Notes under the pieces: generated by a model
What the model saw: the letters and a program-made list of their open reading frames with translations, nothing else
Database searches by the model: none
What the model was told of the DNA's origin: nothing
Program-made: the position numbers and the translations under genes
In this document: piece by piece, positions 10,379 to 20,692 of the stretch
How positions within the stretch are numbered: position 1 is the stretch's first letter
Layout: each line of letters starts with the position of its first letter
Assembly: GCA_046570105.1 (NCBI GenBank)
Contig: JBKHVI010000002.1
Coordinates: forward strand, 1 to 64,000
DNA from: Bacteriovoracia bacterium
GTDB taxonomy: Bacteria; Bdellovibrionota; Bacteriovoracia; Bacteriovoracales; Bacteriovoracaceae
Direction of reading: 5' to 3'
Length of the DNA: 64,000 nucleotides

Positions 10379-11884
10379 ATGCAGACTCTCCTGTACACGC
10401 TTCTTTGTGTCCTTATATCAATCCCTGCCTGGGGTGAAGAAATCCGTGTGCGTTTAACGGTGCAAACTGTTGATAGCAGCACCAAAGTCCAGGCCTATCA
10501 TTATACCAATCATTGGGGCCGTCGTGAGATTCGCTTAGAAGCTGATACTTTGCCACGCTTTGGGAAGGTTAACCCTATTCTAGGTTATGGCCGCGATACC
10601 GATGATGACGGCAATATTGATACTTGGTTCATGCTAGATGGTGACAAGGGCATGGTTCGCTACCATTTAAAATCATCTATGCCTTGGGCCCACGACGCCG
10701 TAGAGAGACAACTATTTAAACTTTATAAATCCAGCGCCGGTGCCCATTTTGCTGCCGCTTATGGAGCTGTCTTTGGTTTTCTCATGATGTCTATCTCCCA
10801 TGGTTTTGCTTCAGAAAAAGAGCTCTGGCGCGAGATTATGGATCTGGAAGAATTCGGATTGCGACTAGATCGCTCGATGAAAAGTGGTGAACTGACACGT
10901 GAGCAATGGCGTGAAGCTGCCGCTTTGTTAGGAGATGGTTACAGTGACACTATCGCCCGTTTTGAAAAAGCGACGGGTGGTGATTATTGGAAACTCGTCG
11001 CAGCTGATATGGCCTTGTGGGCGAGCGGTGGAATTATCGTTAAAGGTATAATGAAAGTCGCCAAATTTGTCGGTCGACCTATTTCAACAACCTCTGTGGG
11101 CCAGTCGACAATTCGCGCCGTCAAAAAATTAATGGGTGGAATAACTGATAGAGCGCGCGCAGAGATGACTCGTTTTCGTCTCGCTGCAGGTGTGCCATTT
11201 AATGCTCTTGCTGCTGGGATGTTTAAGCAAAATTTCCCACGTACCATGCGTGCATTGATGGCAAAGAATTTATTTATGCGCAAAATGGTTCCTATGGTGG
11301 TTCGTCCGGCCTTAGCCCTAAAAAAAGCAGCACGGGAATGGAAGTATATTGCTTTCATGGCAGGCATCCAGATCACGACTGAGTCTTTTGCTCACTCCAG
11401 TGAAGTGATGAGTTCAAGTCCCACTCAATTTGCCAAAAACGTTTTAACTCATCCAGAGATCATGCAAAATGTGACCTACATGACAACGGATGCCTATCTA
11501 ATGACGGCGGCAAGCTTGGCGATTCGACCCAAAGGCATTCGGTACGCCACTTGTGGTTTTATTGCTCTAGGTAACTCCGGTATTACCAATTTTGTGATCA
11601 AAGGTGAGACTGATTACAAACGTGTCGCCCTTGATACTGGCTGGGAGGCCATCATTGGCAATGCGCAAGTTCAAATGGATCTCAAGGCCCTTTCTCATTT
11701 TGAAATGGCGGCGCAAAAAGCTAAAAACCCAAAACTGAAACTCTTAGGTTGGGCGATCGTCTTAGTTGATCAAACGGCAGGTTTTCTTGGTTACTCTTAT
11801 GCCACTCGAGCGATACAACCAGATGAAGCGGAGAAAAATAAAACTCCCGACATCCAACTTGTTCCCGTGTTAGCTGAACATTAA
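10379..11884 (+). CDS. Large secreted/membrane hypothetical protein with a DxDxDG calcium-binding-like loop
   Basis: Signal peptide from ATG 10379; DTDDDGNID; several hydrophobic or amphipathic helices. Confidence 0.7.
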   Translation: MQTLLYTLLCVLISIPAWGEEIRVRLTVQTVDSSTKVQAYHYTNHWGRREIRLEADTLPRFGKVNPILGYGRDTDDDGNIDTWFMLDGDKGMVRYHLKSSMPWAHDAVERQLFKLYKSSAGAHFAAAYGAVFGFLMMSISHGFASEKELWREIMDLEEFGLRLDRSMKSGELTREQWREAAALLGDGYSDTIARFEKATGGDYWKLVAADMALWASGGIIVKGIMKVAKFVGRPISTTSVGQSTIRAVKKLMGGITDRARAEMTRFRLAAGVPFNALAAGMFKQNFPRTMRALMAKNLFMRKMVPMVVRPALALKKAAREWKYIAFMAGIQITTESFAHSSEVMSSSPTQFAKNVLTHPEIMQNVTYMTTDAYLMTAASLAIRPKGIRYATCGFIALGNSGITNFVIKGETDYKRVALDTGWEAIIGNAQVQMDLKALSHFEMAAQKAKNPKLKLLGWAIVLVDQTAGFLGYSYATRAIQPDEAEKNKTPDIQLVPVLAEH

Positions 11885-12768
11885 ACCCAATTCTGCGGAC
11901 GATAATAGTTCAGCATCTTCTCATGTGCTGAGCCCTTGGCCGGAGCATATTGGTAAGTGAACTTACAGCGTGCTGGGAGCGAAATTAAAATTGAGTCCAC
12001 TCGTCCATTTGTTTTCAGCCCAAACAATGTGCCGCGGTCGTGCAGCAGATTAAACTCCACATAGCGGCCACGACGATGCAGTTGAAACTCTTCATCCTCT
12101 GGTGTGAAAGCTTCGAGTTGTCGCTTCACTACAAGCGGAAAATAACTTTCAATAAAATGTTCTGAAAGATCTTTGACCATCGAAAAGTCGGTTTCTAAGT
12201 GGCCGGTATTGTATCCATCAAAGAAAAGTCCACCGATACCGCGCATCTCACCACCACGATGAGCATTTACAAAATACTCGTCACACTCTTTTTTCATCCA
12301 CGAGTAATTCTCACCACTGGCCTTTTTCCAGACGCCATGGAAGTAACGAAAATCCTCTTCATGGGGATAGAACGGTGTGAGATCGGCGCCGCCGCCAAAC
12401 CAAGTCTTTTGGCCTTGCTGAATCATGCGAAAATTTGCATGAACGGTAGGTACACGTGGATTTGTCGGATGAATAATTAAGGAAATACCCGCGGCCCACA
12501 TGGTGTCACCATCGCCGGGAAGCTTAGCTGCAAAATTGGGGTCAATTTTCCCAAAGACACAGGACGTATTCACCCCGGCATTTTCAAAGAGCTGACCTTG
12601 GAAAGCGCGTGTTCGGCCACCACCGCCCGGGGCACCGGCATGATCTACTCGCTCCCACTGATCTTCATTAATTTTCAGAGTGGGATCAAGCGTCAACATT
12701 TGTTGAGTAATCTTATCCTGCAACTGACGGACGTGGTTATGAAAAACTTCTTTCAATGATTCACTCAT
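11881..12768 (-). CDS. hemF: Oxygen-dependent coproporphyrinogen III oxidase
   Basis: HPTNPRVPTVHANFR, WFGGGADLTP, RRGRYVEFNL, DRGTLFGL; GGAG RBS before 12768. Confidence 0.97.
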   Translation of the reverse strand: MSESLKEVFHNHVRQLQDKITQQMLTLDPTLKINEDQWERVDHAGAPGGGGRTRAFQGQLFENAGVNTSCVFGKIDPNFAAKLPGDGDTMWAAGISLIIHPTNPRVPTVHANFRMIQQGQKTWFGGGADLTPFYPHEEDFRYFHGVWKKASGENYSWMKKECDEYFVNAHRGGEMRGIGGLFFDGYNTGHLETDFSMVKDLSEHFIESYFPLVVKRQLEAFTPEDEEFQLHRRGRYVEFNLLHDRGTLFGLKTNGRVDSILISLPARCKFTYQYAPAKGSAHEKMLNYYRPQNWV

Positions 12769-12848
12769 AATTTTCTCCAAAGACGTGCATGAATCAAAAA
12801 TTACCCTAAAATAGAGAGAACGTTAAATGATTTAGGACAGGACAAAAC

Positions 12849-15086
12849 ATGAGTTTTCTCAAACGCATCGGCAGCTTCTTTTCAAGATGGGGTGATCTCT
12901 CCGGCCCTATTCTGATCTTTTTGGCCTGTGCCGGACTGATGATTCTCGCTGGTTTGAGTCGTACTCTTGGTGAGCAAGGCCAGTTGGGAAAAATCATAAC
13001 TTTCCCACAATTCTTTGAAAATAAATTCTATGACCTACGTATTTCTTCGCAGTTAAGTGAGAAATGGGTTGATCCCGATATCACCATCGTGACAATTGAT
13101 GACAAAACTCTCTCCAAGATTGGCACCTGGCCGATACCGCGAAAAAATCATGCCCTCCTAATGCGCCGACTTCAACATTTTGGCGCCAAAGTAGTCGCTC
13201 TTGATATTCTGTTTCCTGAAAATTCTCAGGATCTCGCCCAAGATGATGACTTCGCTCTCTCCATCAAGGAGTTTCGCGACAATGGGGGTGAAGTTGTTTT
13301 GGGTTACTCGCTCACAAATCTTGATCCTGAACATGTCTCCGCTGAAGATGGCGGAGATGCTCTCGAGAAAACTCCAGACTTTGTTTACTTGCAATCTGGC
13401 AATGCTCAGCTCAATCAACCCACCAAACCTTTTTGGGTGTCACGCTACACCTTCCCGATTAAAAGTCTCGCCGACACTGAAGCACTCATGGGCCATATTG
13501 GTAATAGCGAAGACTTCGATGGTGTCTTCCGACACTATCGCATTATTGCTAACTTGATTGATGAGCAACGTGAGTCAGTCTATGTCGCTTCCATGGGGCT
13601 CGCCAGTGCGGAAGCTTTCTCAGGCGAGAAGGCGAAAGTTTTTACCAGCTCAACTGGCCAAGCGTTGATTAGTTTTAAAGGTAAAGATATTCCGCTGGAT
13701 GAGTTAGGTGAAATTAAAGTGCGCTACTCCGCCCGTCGTGAAAACTATCCGGAAATTAGTTATTACGATGTCATCACGGCGCCAGATGATAGTCCAAAGG
13801 CAAAAAAACTTTTAAATGGTCGCATGATTATGGTGGGCTCAGTCGCTGAGGGTGCCCACGATCTTCGAAACTCGCCCATCGATCCTAAAATGGCGGGGAT
13901 GTACGCTCATACCAATGTGACTCACATGCTTTTACATGGCTTCACTTATGAATCCTCAGAATTCTCTCTCAGAATTTCTATTTTGATGATGTTCTTAGGT
14001 TTCATTGTGCTCGTGGTGCTGCAGCGTCGTGGCAATGCCCTGCTTGATATCGGCACTCTTATTCTGGTTTCCACTTCTGTGATTATGCTTGATAGTCGAG
14101 TGTTTCTTCCCAAGGGTTATGAGCTACGACTCTTTTATTGTTTGTTGTGTTTTTTCAGCACTTATTCTTGGAGTACTTTTGTTAACTTCTGGCGAGCGGC
14201 CAAAGAGAAGAAACAAATCAAAGGCACCTTTGCTCGCTACGTCTCGCCAGCGATTGTGAATGAGATGTTGAATAATCCAGAGAAGCTCAAAGTCGGTGGT
14301 GAGAAGCGCGATATCACTTGTCTCTTTTCAGACGTGCGAGACTTCACCAGTATCTCTGAAAAATTAACCGCGACAGAACTCTCCGGTGCTCTTAACCAGT
14401 ACATGGGCACCATGACGGACTTGGTGTTTGAAACCAAAGGCACACTCGATAAATATATTGGTGACGCCATTGTCGCCTTCTGGGGAGCACCACTTGATCT
14501 GCCTGATCATCCCACTTATGCCGTTGAAGGTGCCGTGAAAATGATGGAAGCTCTTCCTGCCATTAATGAAGATTTCAAGTCCCGTGGCCTTCCGGAATTT
14601 AAAGTCGGAATTGGCCTTAACTCCGGTGAATGTTCAGTCGGTAACATGGGTTCAAATAAAATTTTCTCCTACACTGCACTGGGAGATAATATGAACCTCG
14701 GTGCTCGACTTGAGGGCCTGTGTAAATACTATGGCGCCCATATTCTAATTTCTGAATACACCCACGCGCGCTTGCCGCCTGGACGCTTTAACTCACGGCC
14801 TTTGGATAAAGTAAAAGTGAAAGGTAAAACCACTCCAGTGCAAATCTTTGAAGTCATCCATGGAGTCCATCCCCTCGCCAAAGACACGGAAGCTTTTAGT
14901 TTTTATAATGAGGCCTATAGCGCCTTTTCTCAGAAGGATTTTGCCAAGTCTCGCACACTCTTAGAGGGAATTTTGTTGGCACATCCTGACGATAAACCCA
15001 CCGCACGTCTCTTGAAATTATCCGAGAAGTGGCTCAACGAACCAGTGCCAGAAGATTTTGATGTGACGACCATGACTGAAAAATGA
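12849..15086 (+). CDS. CHASE2-domain class III adenylate cyclase
   Basis: CHASE2 (VTIDDKT, WPIPR, DFDGVFR), three TM helices, FSDVRDFT, DKYIGDA, YTALGDNMNLGARLE (Lys/Thr pattern favours ATP). Confidence 0.93.
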   Translation: MSFLKRIGSFFSRWGDLSGPILIFLACAGLMILAGLSRTLGEQGQLGKIITFPQFFENKFYDLRISSQLSEKWVDPDITIVTIDDKTLSKIGTWPIPRKNHALLMRRLQHFGAKVVALDILFPENSQDLAQDDDFALSIKEFRDNGGEVVLGYSLTNLDPEHVSAEDGGDALEKTPDFVYLQSGNAQLNQPTKPFWVSRYTFPIKSLADTEALMGHIGNSEDFDGVFRHYRIIANLIDEQRESVYVASMGLASAEAFSGEKAKVFTSSTGQALISFKGKDIPLDELGEIKVRYSARRENYPEISYYDVITAPDDSPKAKKLLNGRMIMVGSVAEGAHDLRNSPIDPKMAGMYAHTNVTHMLLHGFTYESSEFSLRISILMMFLGFIVLVVLQRRGNALLDIGTLILVSTSVIMLDSRVFLPKGYELRLFYCLLCFFSTYSWSTFVNFWRAAKEKKQIKGTFARYVSPAIVNEMLNNPEKLKVGGEKRDITCLFSDVRDFTSISEKLTATELSGALNQYMGTMTDLVFETKGTLDKYIGDAIVAFWGAPLDLPDHPTYAVEGAVKMMEALPAINEDFKSRGLPEFKVGIGLNSGECSVGNMGSNKIFSYTALGDNMNLGARLEGLCKYYGAHILISEYTHARLPPGRFNSRPLDKVKVKGKTTPVQIFEVIHGVHPLAKDTEAFSFYNEAYSAFSQKDFAKSRTLLEGILLAHPDDKPTARLLKLSEKWLNEPVPEDFDVTTMTEK

Positions 15087-16610
15087 TCAGTTGGTGTTTT
15101 GTTTGAGATCCTCGGCAAAGCAATAATGATTCCACACTGTGCGCTTATGCAGTGGTGAGTGCTGATAATCAAGGCCTATCACATGATGATAGACATTGAT
15201 GCTGAGTTTGCGCAGCCTTGGACGACGACCACCGTCTTTCTCATGACGATTCCACATACGACACCAGGCACCAGCATAGTGCTTGGCGATTTTATCATTG
15301 TCCGACATATTCATAAAAAATTTGCGCCAGTGCTCATCTCGCACACTACGAGGGAATGAGTGCTGTTTAGAGCTTAAAATATCTCTCTCTCCAGTAATCA
15401 ATTCAATCGTGGCACCATTTTCTAGTTCGGCGGGAATCTCCATCCAAAGATTTTCTTGCTTGGGAAACGGCGCGAACATATTCCACTCTTGGTAAATATG
15501 CAGCCAGCGGCCCACTCCGATCCAGAAATCACTGGTGTATTTGAGCGGCGGTTTCAGGGTCGAGAGATTCCAACAGAAAATGGCAGCAAAGATAAAAGCA
15601 CCACCGAACTGAGAGAGGAGAGCGATCTTTTTGCCAGGAGCAACTTGGCCCTGCACCTGAGGAATACCTGCAAAAAAGGCCATGAAGGCGCGAAGCTTGG
15701 CCTCAATTTGAGGAAAGCGCAGAAGAAACTTATCCCACGCCTCACTGGGGATAAAGGCCGCCCACATTCCTAAGCAGTAAAAGGGAAAGAGCCCGATGCT
15801 CATAGTGAGAATAATTCCAATGTGCAGTCCCCAAAAACTCAAGACCGTGGCGAGACGTAACCCACACCATACTCTTCGTGGGATCAGCCAACCAAAGGCC
15901 AGACACAAGGGACCCAGCCACTCGAGCATGATGGTGCCAAAGGTGGCGAACTTCAAGAAGGTCGGAAATTGTCGAATGTATCTGCCGATATCAGTTGAGA
16001 AAATATCTAAGTGACTGGAGTAATAAATAGCTGTGAAATCTTGGCGCCAGATGGGTGATGTTTTTAAAATGTAGCTCACGAAATAAATCACGAAGGCCTG
16101 CAAAAACCAGGTCAGCACCCAGGTGCCAGCGACTTTTCGTGGGGCCCGCTCGCCATGGCCTTGGCGCCATTGATCGATCGACCACATCTCACCCCAGGGA
16201 ATAAAAACAGCAATAAACATCAGGGCACGAATGACATCATCACCACCGTTATTCACATACCAGTTACGATTGTGCAGAGAGATAGTGAGAAAAGCGGTTA
16301 ATAGAGTCGTCAGTCGCGTGCGCCAGCCAAGCGCCATGGCGAGTGCACTCAAGGCGTGAAGTCCCAGGATAAAAACGGCAAAGCCCCATGAGCCACTCAT
16401 CAGATGAATCGAATAACTCCAGGGGTAAACGAAGGTAGAAATAAAAACATCGCGAGGCATTGCTCCAATATCACTGTAATGCCATTCGGCAGATCCCATT
16501 CGCCAAAGCATATCGACAAAAATGGCAAGCCCTAGGGCCATCCTTGTCATGGCAAGAGAGCGAGTGTCTAAGGAGAACCAATCGGTGAGGCGTTGTATGA
16601 GTTTTTGCAT
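15087..16610 (-). CDS. HTTM-domain membrane protein
   Basis: LDTRSLAMTR, ALGWRTR, SLHNRN..NGGD, QEWNMFAP; about 10 TM helices; start 16610 or 16634. Confidence 0.8.
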   Translation of the reverse strand: MQKLIQRLTDWFSLDTRSLAMTRMALGLAIFVDMLWRMGSAEWHYSDIGAMPRDVFISTFVYPWSYSIHLMSGSWGFAVFILGLHALSALAMALGWRTRLTTLLTAFLTISLHNRNWYVNNGGDDVIRALMFIAVFIPWGEMWSIDQWRQGHGERAPRKVAGTWVLTWFLQAFVIYFVSYILKTSPIWRQDFTAIYYSSHLDIFSTDIGRYIRQFPTFLKFATFGTIMLEWLGPLCLAFGWLIPRRVWCGLRLATVLSFWGLHIGIILTMSIGLFPFYCLGMWAAFIPSEAWDKFLLRFPQIEAKLRAFMAFFAGIPQVQGQVAPGKKIALLSQFGGAFIFAAIFCWNLSTLKPPLKYTSDFWIGVGRWLHIYQEWNMFAPFPKQENLWMEIPAELENGATIELITGERDILSSKQHSFPRSVRDEHWRKFFMNMSDNDKIAKHYAGAWCRMWNRHEKDGGRRPRLRKLSINVYHHVIGLDYQHSPLHKRTVWNHYCFAEDLKQNTN

Positions 16611-16701
16611 ATGTTCTATTGTAAATGAAACCATGACTTTTTTAAGTCTTTAGTCTAGCCTTCCGCTACTGATTCTCATCAATTTATTGCGGAGCAACAC
16701 C

Positions 16702-18132
16702 ATGCTCTTTAGAGTGCATGAAGATATAACCTCTGATTACGATGTTACGGTCATAGGGGCAGGCCTGGCGGGCATGACGGCGGCCAATATTTTGGGCCGC
16801 TTGGGCCTTAAAGTTCTTTTGCTCGAGGCCCACAACAAACTCGGCGGCTTTGCCACCTGGTTCTACCGTGATTCACGGCAACATGTTTTTGATATTAGTC
16901 TCCACGGCTTTCCTGCTGGCATGATCAAAACCTGTCGCAAGTACTGGTCCAAAGAAATTGCCGATAGCATCGTCCAACTCAAAGATGTGCGCTTTCATAA
17001 TCCGCAATTCTCAGTGCAAACCGAATTCACGAAAGAAGACTTTACTCAAAAACTCGTTGAACATTTTGGGCTCTCCCTTGAAACCGTTAATGCATTTTTC
17101 GCTCATTTGGCACAGATGAATTTCTATGATCAAAACCAAATGACCAACGGTGAGTTGTTCGAAAAATTTTTCCCAGGTCGTAACGACGTCACTCGCTTTT
17201 TGATGGAGCCGATCACTTACGCCAATGGCTCCACGCTTGATGATCCTGCTATTACTTACGGCATCGTCTTTTCCAATTTCATGTCGAAGGGTGTTTATAC
17301 ATTTAAAGGCGGCACTGACGTCTTGATTGCTAAGATGAAAGATGAGTTATTGAAAAATAACGTCGACATAAAACTTCAGGCCAAAGTTGAGAAGATCGTC
17401 ATTGAGAATGGCAAAGTTTCCGGCATTATTCACCGTGGGAAAAAAGTTAAGTCCCGTTCGGTCCTCTCTAACGGCAATATTCTCTCAACCGTTATGAATA
17501 TGGTTGGCCCTGAATACTTCAGTGAAAGTTTTGTAGAAAAAACTAAAGCGGTAAGACTCAATACCTCGAGCTGCCAAGTTTATATGGGCTTTAAAAAAGG
17601 CACTGTATTACCTGCGATGGGTGATTTGGTATTCACTAGTCTCTACCCGACTTATGAGCCTGAACGTCTCGTCGATCTCAAAGTCTCTTCTCGTACATTC
17701 TCAGTTTATTATCCTCATGAAACGCGCCCGCAAGACCCCGAGGCGCGCCCAGCGATCGTGTCTTCCACCAACTGCCGTTATGAGCATTGGAAAAACTTAT
17801 CACCTGAAGAGTATAAAAAAGAAAAAGCTTTTATGATCGAAGAAACGCTTAAAGGTCTGGAGGTGTATTATCCCGATCTGCGTGATAATCTCGAAACTGT
17901 GGAAGCTGCCACACCACTCACAGTTGAGCGCTACACCCTTCATCGCCAAGGCAGCTCTTTTGGAACAAAGTTTGAAGGCCTTGATGTCAGTATGAATCTA
18001 CACAAAGAATTACCCGGTCTCTTTCACGCCGGCTCAGTCGGCATCATTATGTCAGGCTGGTTAGGCGCAGCTAACTATGGTGTGATTCAGGCCAACGAAG
18101 TCGCTTCATATCTCGCAAAGGAATCGCTATGA
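16702..18132 (+). CDS. CrtI/phytoene-desaturase-like FAD oxidoreductase (paralogue A)
   Basis: VIGAGLAG...LEAHNKLGG FAD-binding motif; AATPLTVERYT; coupled to fab genes, with no crt genes in the window. Confidence 0.88.
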   Translation: MLFRVHEDITSDYDVTVIGAGLAGMTAANILGRLGLKVLLLEAHNKLGGFATWFYRDSRQHVFDISLHGFPAGMIKTCRKYWSKEIADSIVQLKDVRFHNPQFSVQTEFTKEDFTQKLVEHFGLSLETVNAFFAHLAQMNFYDQNQMTNGELFEKFFPGRNDVTRFLMEPITYANGSTLDDPAITYGIVFSNFMSKGVYTFKGGTDVLIAKMKDELLKNNVDIKLQAKVEKIVIENGKVSGIIHRGKKVKSRSVLSNGNILSTVMNMVGPEYFSESFVEKTKAVRLNTSSCQVYMGFKKGTVLPAMGDLVFTSLYPTYEPERLVDLKVSSRTFSVYYPHETRPQDPEARPAIVSSTNCRYEHWKNLSPEEYKKEKAFMIEETLKGLEVYYPDLRDNLETVEAATPLTVERYTLHRQGSSFGTKFEGLDVSMNLHKELPGLFHAGSVGIIMSGWLGAANYGVIQANEVASYLAKESL

Positions 18133-18866
18133 ATTTTACAGGTCAGCACGTCATCGTTACTGGTGGGACTCGTGGTATCGGAGCTGGGATTGCCGAAGCT
18201 TTCTTAAAAGCGGGTGCTCACGTGGTTTCAACTTATACTGGTAACACCGAAGCCGCCGAAAAATTCAAAGAGCGTTTAAAAGAATATGGCGATCGCATTT
18301 CTATCGCACGCTTTGATGTCGCGGATGAAAAAGCCATTGAAACATTTTTTGCTGAGCTTAAATTTCCTTCGGTGGAAATTTTGGTGAATAACTCTGGTAT
18401 CCGTCGTGACTCAATTATTGCCTCACTCAAAGAAGAAGATTGGGACCGCGTCATCGACACCAACCTTAAGGGCACATACCTCATGACCAAACATGCTGTG
18501 CTCGCCATGATGAAAAATCGCTATGGCCGCATCGTGAATATGAGCTCTATCGGTGGCAAACTGGGTCTTCCTGGACAGGCGAATTACGCCGCCTCCAAGG
18601 CCGGCCAGATTGCTTTGTCGCTGGTGACAGCGAAAGAAGTCGCGAAACGCAACATCACCATCAATAACATCTGCCCTGGCTTCATCGAGACAGAACTGAT
18701 TGCTGATCTGCCAGAGGAACAAGTCAAAGAATACAAGGCCCAAGTGCCGATGCGCCGTTTTGGCAAAGTCGAAGAAGTCGCTCATGCGGTGCTCTTCTTA
18801 GCTTCGAAAGAAGCGAGCTACATCACTGGTGCCACACTTGATATCGCTGGAGGCCTCAATGGCTAA
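18129..18866 (+). CDS. fabG: 3-oxoacyl-ACP reductase
   Basis: TGGTRGIG, NNSGI, GQANYAASK, PGFIET. Confidence 0.93.
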   Translation: MNFTGQHVIVTGGTRGIGAGIAEAFLKAGAHVVSTYTGNTEAAEKFKERLKEYGDRISIARFDVADEKAIETFFAELKFPSVEILVNNSGIRRDSIIASLKEEDWDRVIDTNLKGTYLMTKHAVLAMMKNRYGRIVNMSSIGGKLGLPGQANYAASKAGQIALSLVTAKEVAKRNITINNICPGFIETELIADLPEEQVKEYKAQVPMRRFGKVEEVAHAVLFLASKEASYITGATLDIAGGLNG

Positions 18867-19284
18867 TTTAGAAAAACTCCTCGCCCACATCCCTCAACGT
18901 CCGCCCTTCCTTTTACTCGATGGCATTGTCGATGAAACAGAAGGCCGAGTGACGACCTTTAAACAGCTGACAGGAAATGAGGATTGGTTCAAAGGACACT
19001 TTCCTGGAAATCCCGTCATGCCGGGAGTGCTCATGTGTGAAGCGGTTTTCCAAACCGGTGCTTATTTGATGGCCCGACGAGGAGAATCCAGCGAGGCCGG
19101 CAAAACGGCGGTGGTGACTCGTATTCAAGGGGCCAAATTTAAAAATATGGCAAAACCTGGTGATAAATTAATGATCACCGTGGACTTTATCGAAATGCTC
19201 GCCAATGCCGCTTTCATGAAAGGCAAAGTGGTGGTGGATGATAAAACTATTATGACCATTGAATTTGCCGCAGCGATTGTTTGA
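18859..19284 (+). CDS. fabZ: 3-hydroxyacyl-ACP dehydratase
   Basis: PQRPPFLLLD; FKGHFPGNPVMPGVLMCE (His/Glu dyad); GGAGG RBS. Confidence 0.92.
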   Translation: MANLEKLLAHIPQRPPFLLLDGIVDETEGRVTTFKQLTGNEDWFKGHFPGNPVMPGVLMCEAVFQTGAYLMARRGESSEAGKTAVVTRIQGAKFKNMAKPGDKLMITVDFIEMLANAAFMKGKVVVDDKTIMTIEFAAAIV

Positions 19285-19290
19285 GGTTCT

Positions 19291-20085
19291 ATGAGTTTTT
19301 TAGCACTAGAGAATAAAACTTTTTTGATTGCCGGTGTCGCTAATAAAAAAAGCGTTGCCTACTTTTCGGCTAAAACTCTTATTGAGGAAGGGGCACGTTG
19401 CATCTTCTCAGTGCAAAAAGAAGAACAGATCACACAAGTGAATAAACTTTTCCCCGGTGCACCAGTAGTTATTTGTGATGTGAGTAGCGAGGAGCAACTG
19501 AATGCTCTCCCCCATGCCATCCATCAGCACGCCGATCACATCGATGGAGTCTTGCACTCGCTGGCCTTTGCTAATTTTTCTGAAGGCCTCGTCGACTTTC
19601 ACCACACCAAACGCCATGACTATCTGGAGGCCGCTCAGATCTCGTGTTTTTCATTAGTGGAAATGTGCCGGGTGCTCAATCCCATGTTCACCAGTAACGC
19701 TAGCGTGGTCACCATTTCGATTTCCAACACTCGGGCCACCTCATATGGCTATTTGGGTCCGATTAAGGCCATGCTTGATGCCACTGTTCCCTATTTGGCC
19801 AAATCACTTTCTAAAGATTCTAAAATTCGTGTGAATGCTGTGGGTGCAGGACCTTTGAAGACATCGGCCTCGGCAGGTATTCCCAACTATATTGATAACT
19901 ATCTTTTTGCTGAGGCCCTCACACTAAGAAAGACGGCGCTTGAAACTCAAGAAGTCGCCAATACCGTCGCCTTTTTACTTTCGCCACGATCTTCTGGGAT
20001 CAATGCCACCACGGTTTTAGTGGACGCCGGCATGAGTTGTAATGGATTTGACCAAGAAGTGGTTAAGCGCTTCAATCGTGAATAA
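19291..20085 (+). CDS. fabI: Enoyl-ACP reductase (FabI-like)
   Basis: GVANKKSVA, HSLAFA, Y-x6-K (YGYLGPIK), RVNAVGAGPLKT. Confidence 0.9.
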   Translation: MSFLALENKTFLIAGVANKKSVAYFSAKTLIEEGARCIFSVQKEEQITQVNKLFPGAPVVICDVSSEEQLNALPHAIHQHADHIDGVLHSLAFANFSEGLVDFHHTKRHDYLEAAQISCFSLVEMCRVLNPMFTSNASVVTISISNTRATSYGYLGPIKAMLDATVPYLAKSLSKDSKIRVNAVGAGPLKTSASAGIPNYIDNYLFAEALTLRKTALETQEVANTVAFLLSPRSSGINATTVLVDAGMSCNGFDQEVVKRFNRE

Positions 20086-20692
20086 AACATCTAAAAATTT
20101 CGAAGACTTAGACCTTAATCACTTCCGATTCGCAAGTGTGATTAGCCTGCCAGAAAACTATGAAGTCTACGACTTCACTAAAGGCTATGACCCCAAACGC
20201 TCGATGCTTTCTGAATACGGCATTGGCCGCTACAACGAAGTTCGCCAAGGCATGTACACCACCGAACTCTTTGCCGGAAACCGCAATATCCATATGGGCA
20301 TCGACATCGCCGCTCCTGTTGGAACACCTATCACGAGTTTTTTCGAAGGTGAAATATTTATGTTCGCCTACAATGCTGCTGCCGGAGACTACGGACATAC
20401 CCTAATCACCAAACATGTCCTTGATGGCTGCGAACTCTACGCGCTCTATGGCCACCTCAATGAGGCCTCAACAAAAAATAAAACCGTAGGCCAACAGATC
20501 TCAACGGGTGAAGTGATCGCATGGGTGGGTGATAAGCATGAGAATGGCGGCTGGAATCCTCATTTGCATTTTCAATTATGTCTGGAAAAACCCATGGTGT
20601 GCGATATGCCTGGTGCCGTATCAAAGGATAATCTTGCCGCCGCTCTGAAAATCTATCCGGATCCTCAACGAGTCTTGGGTAAACTCTATTAA
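20078..20692 (+). CDS. M23 family peptidase-like protein without a signal peptide
   Basis: HMGID, YALYGHL, PHLHFQ; probable GTG start overlaps the fabI stop (alternative start 20042). Confidence 0.85.
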   Translation: MNKTSKNFEDLDLNHFRFASVISLPENYEVYDFTKGYDPKRSMLSEYGIGRYNEVRQGMYTTELFAGNRNIHMGIDIAAPVGTPITSFFEGEIFMFAYNAAAGDYGHTLITKHVLDGCELYALYGHLNEASTKNKTVGQQISTGEVIAWVGDKHENGGWNPHLHFQLCLEKPMVCDMPGAVSKDNLAAALKIYPDPQRVLGKLY

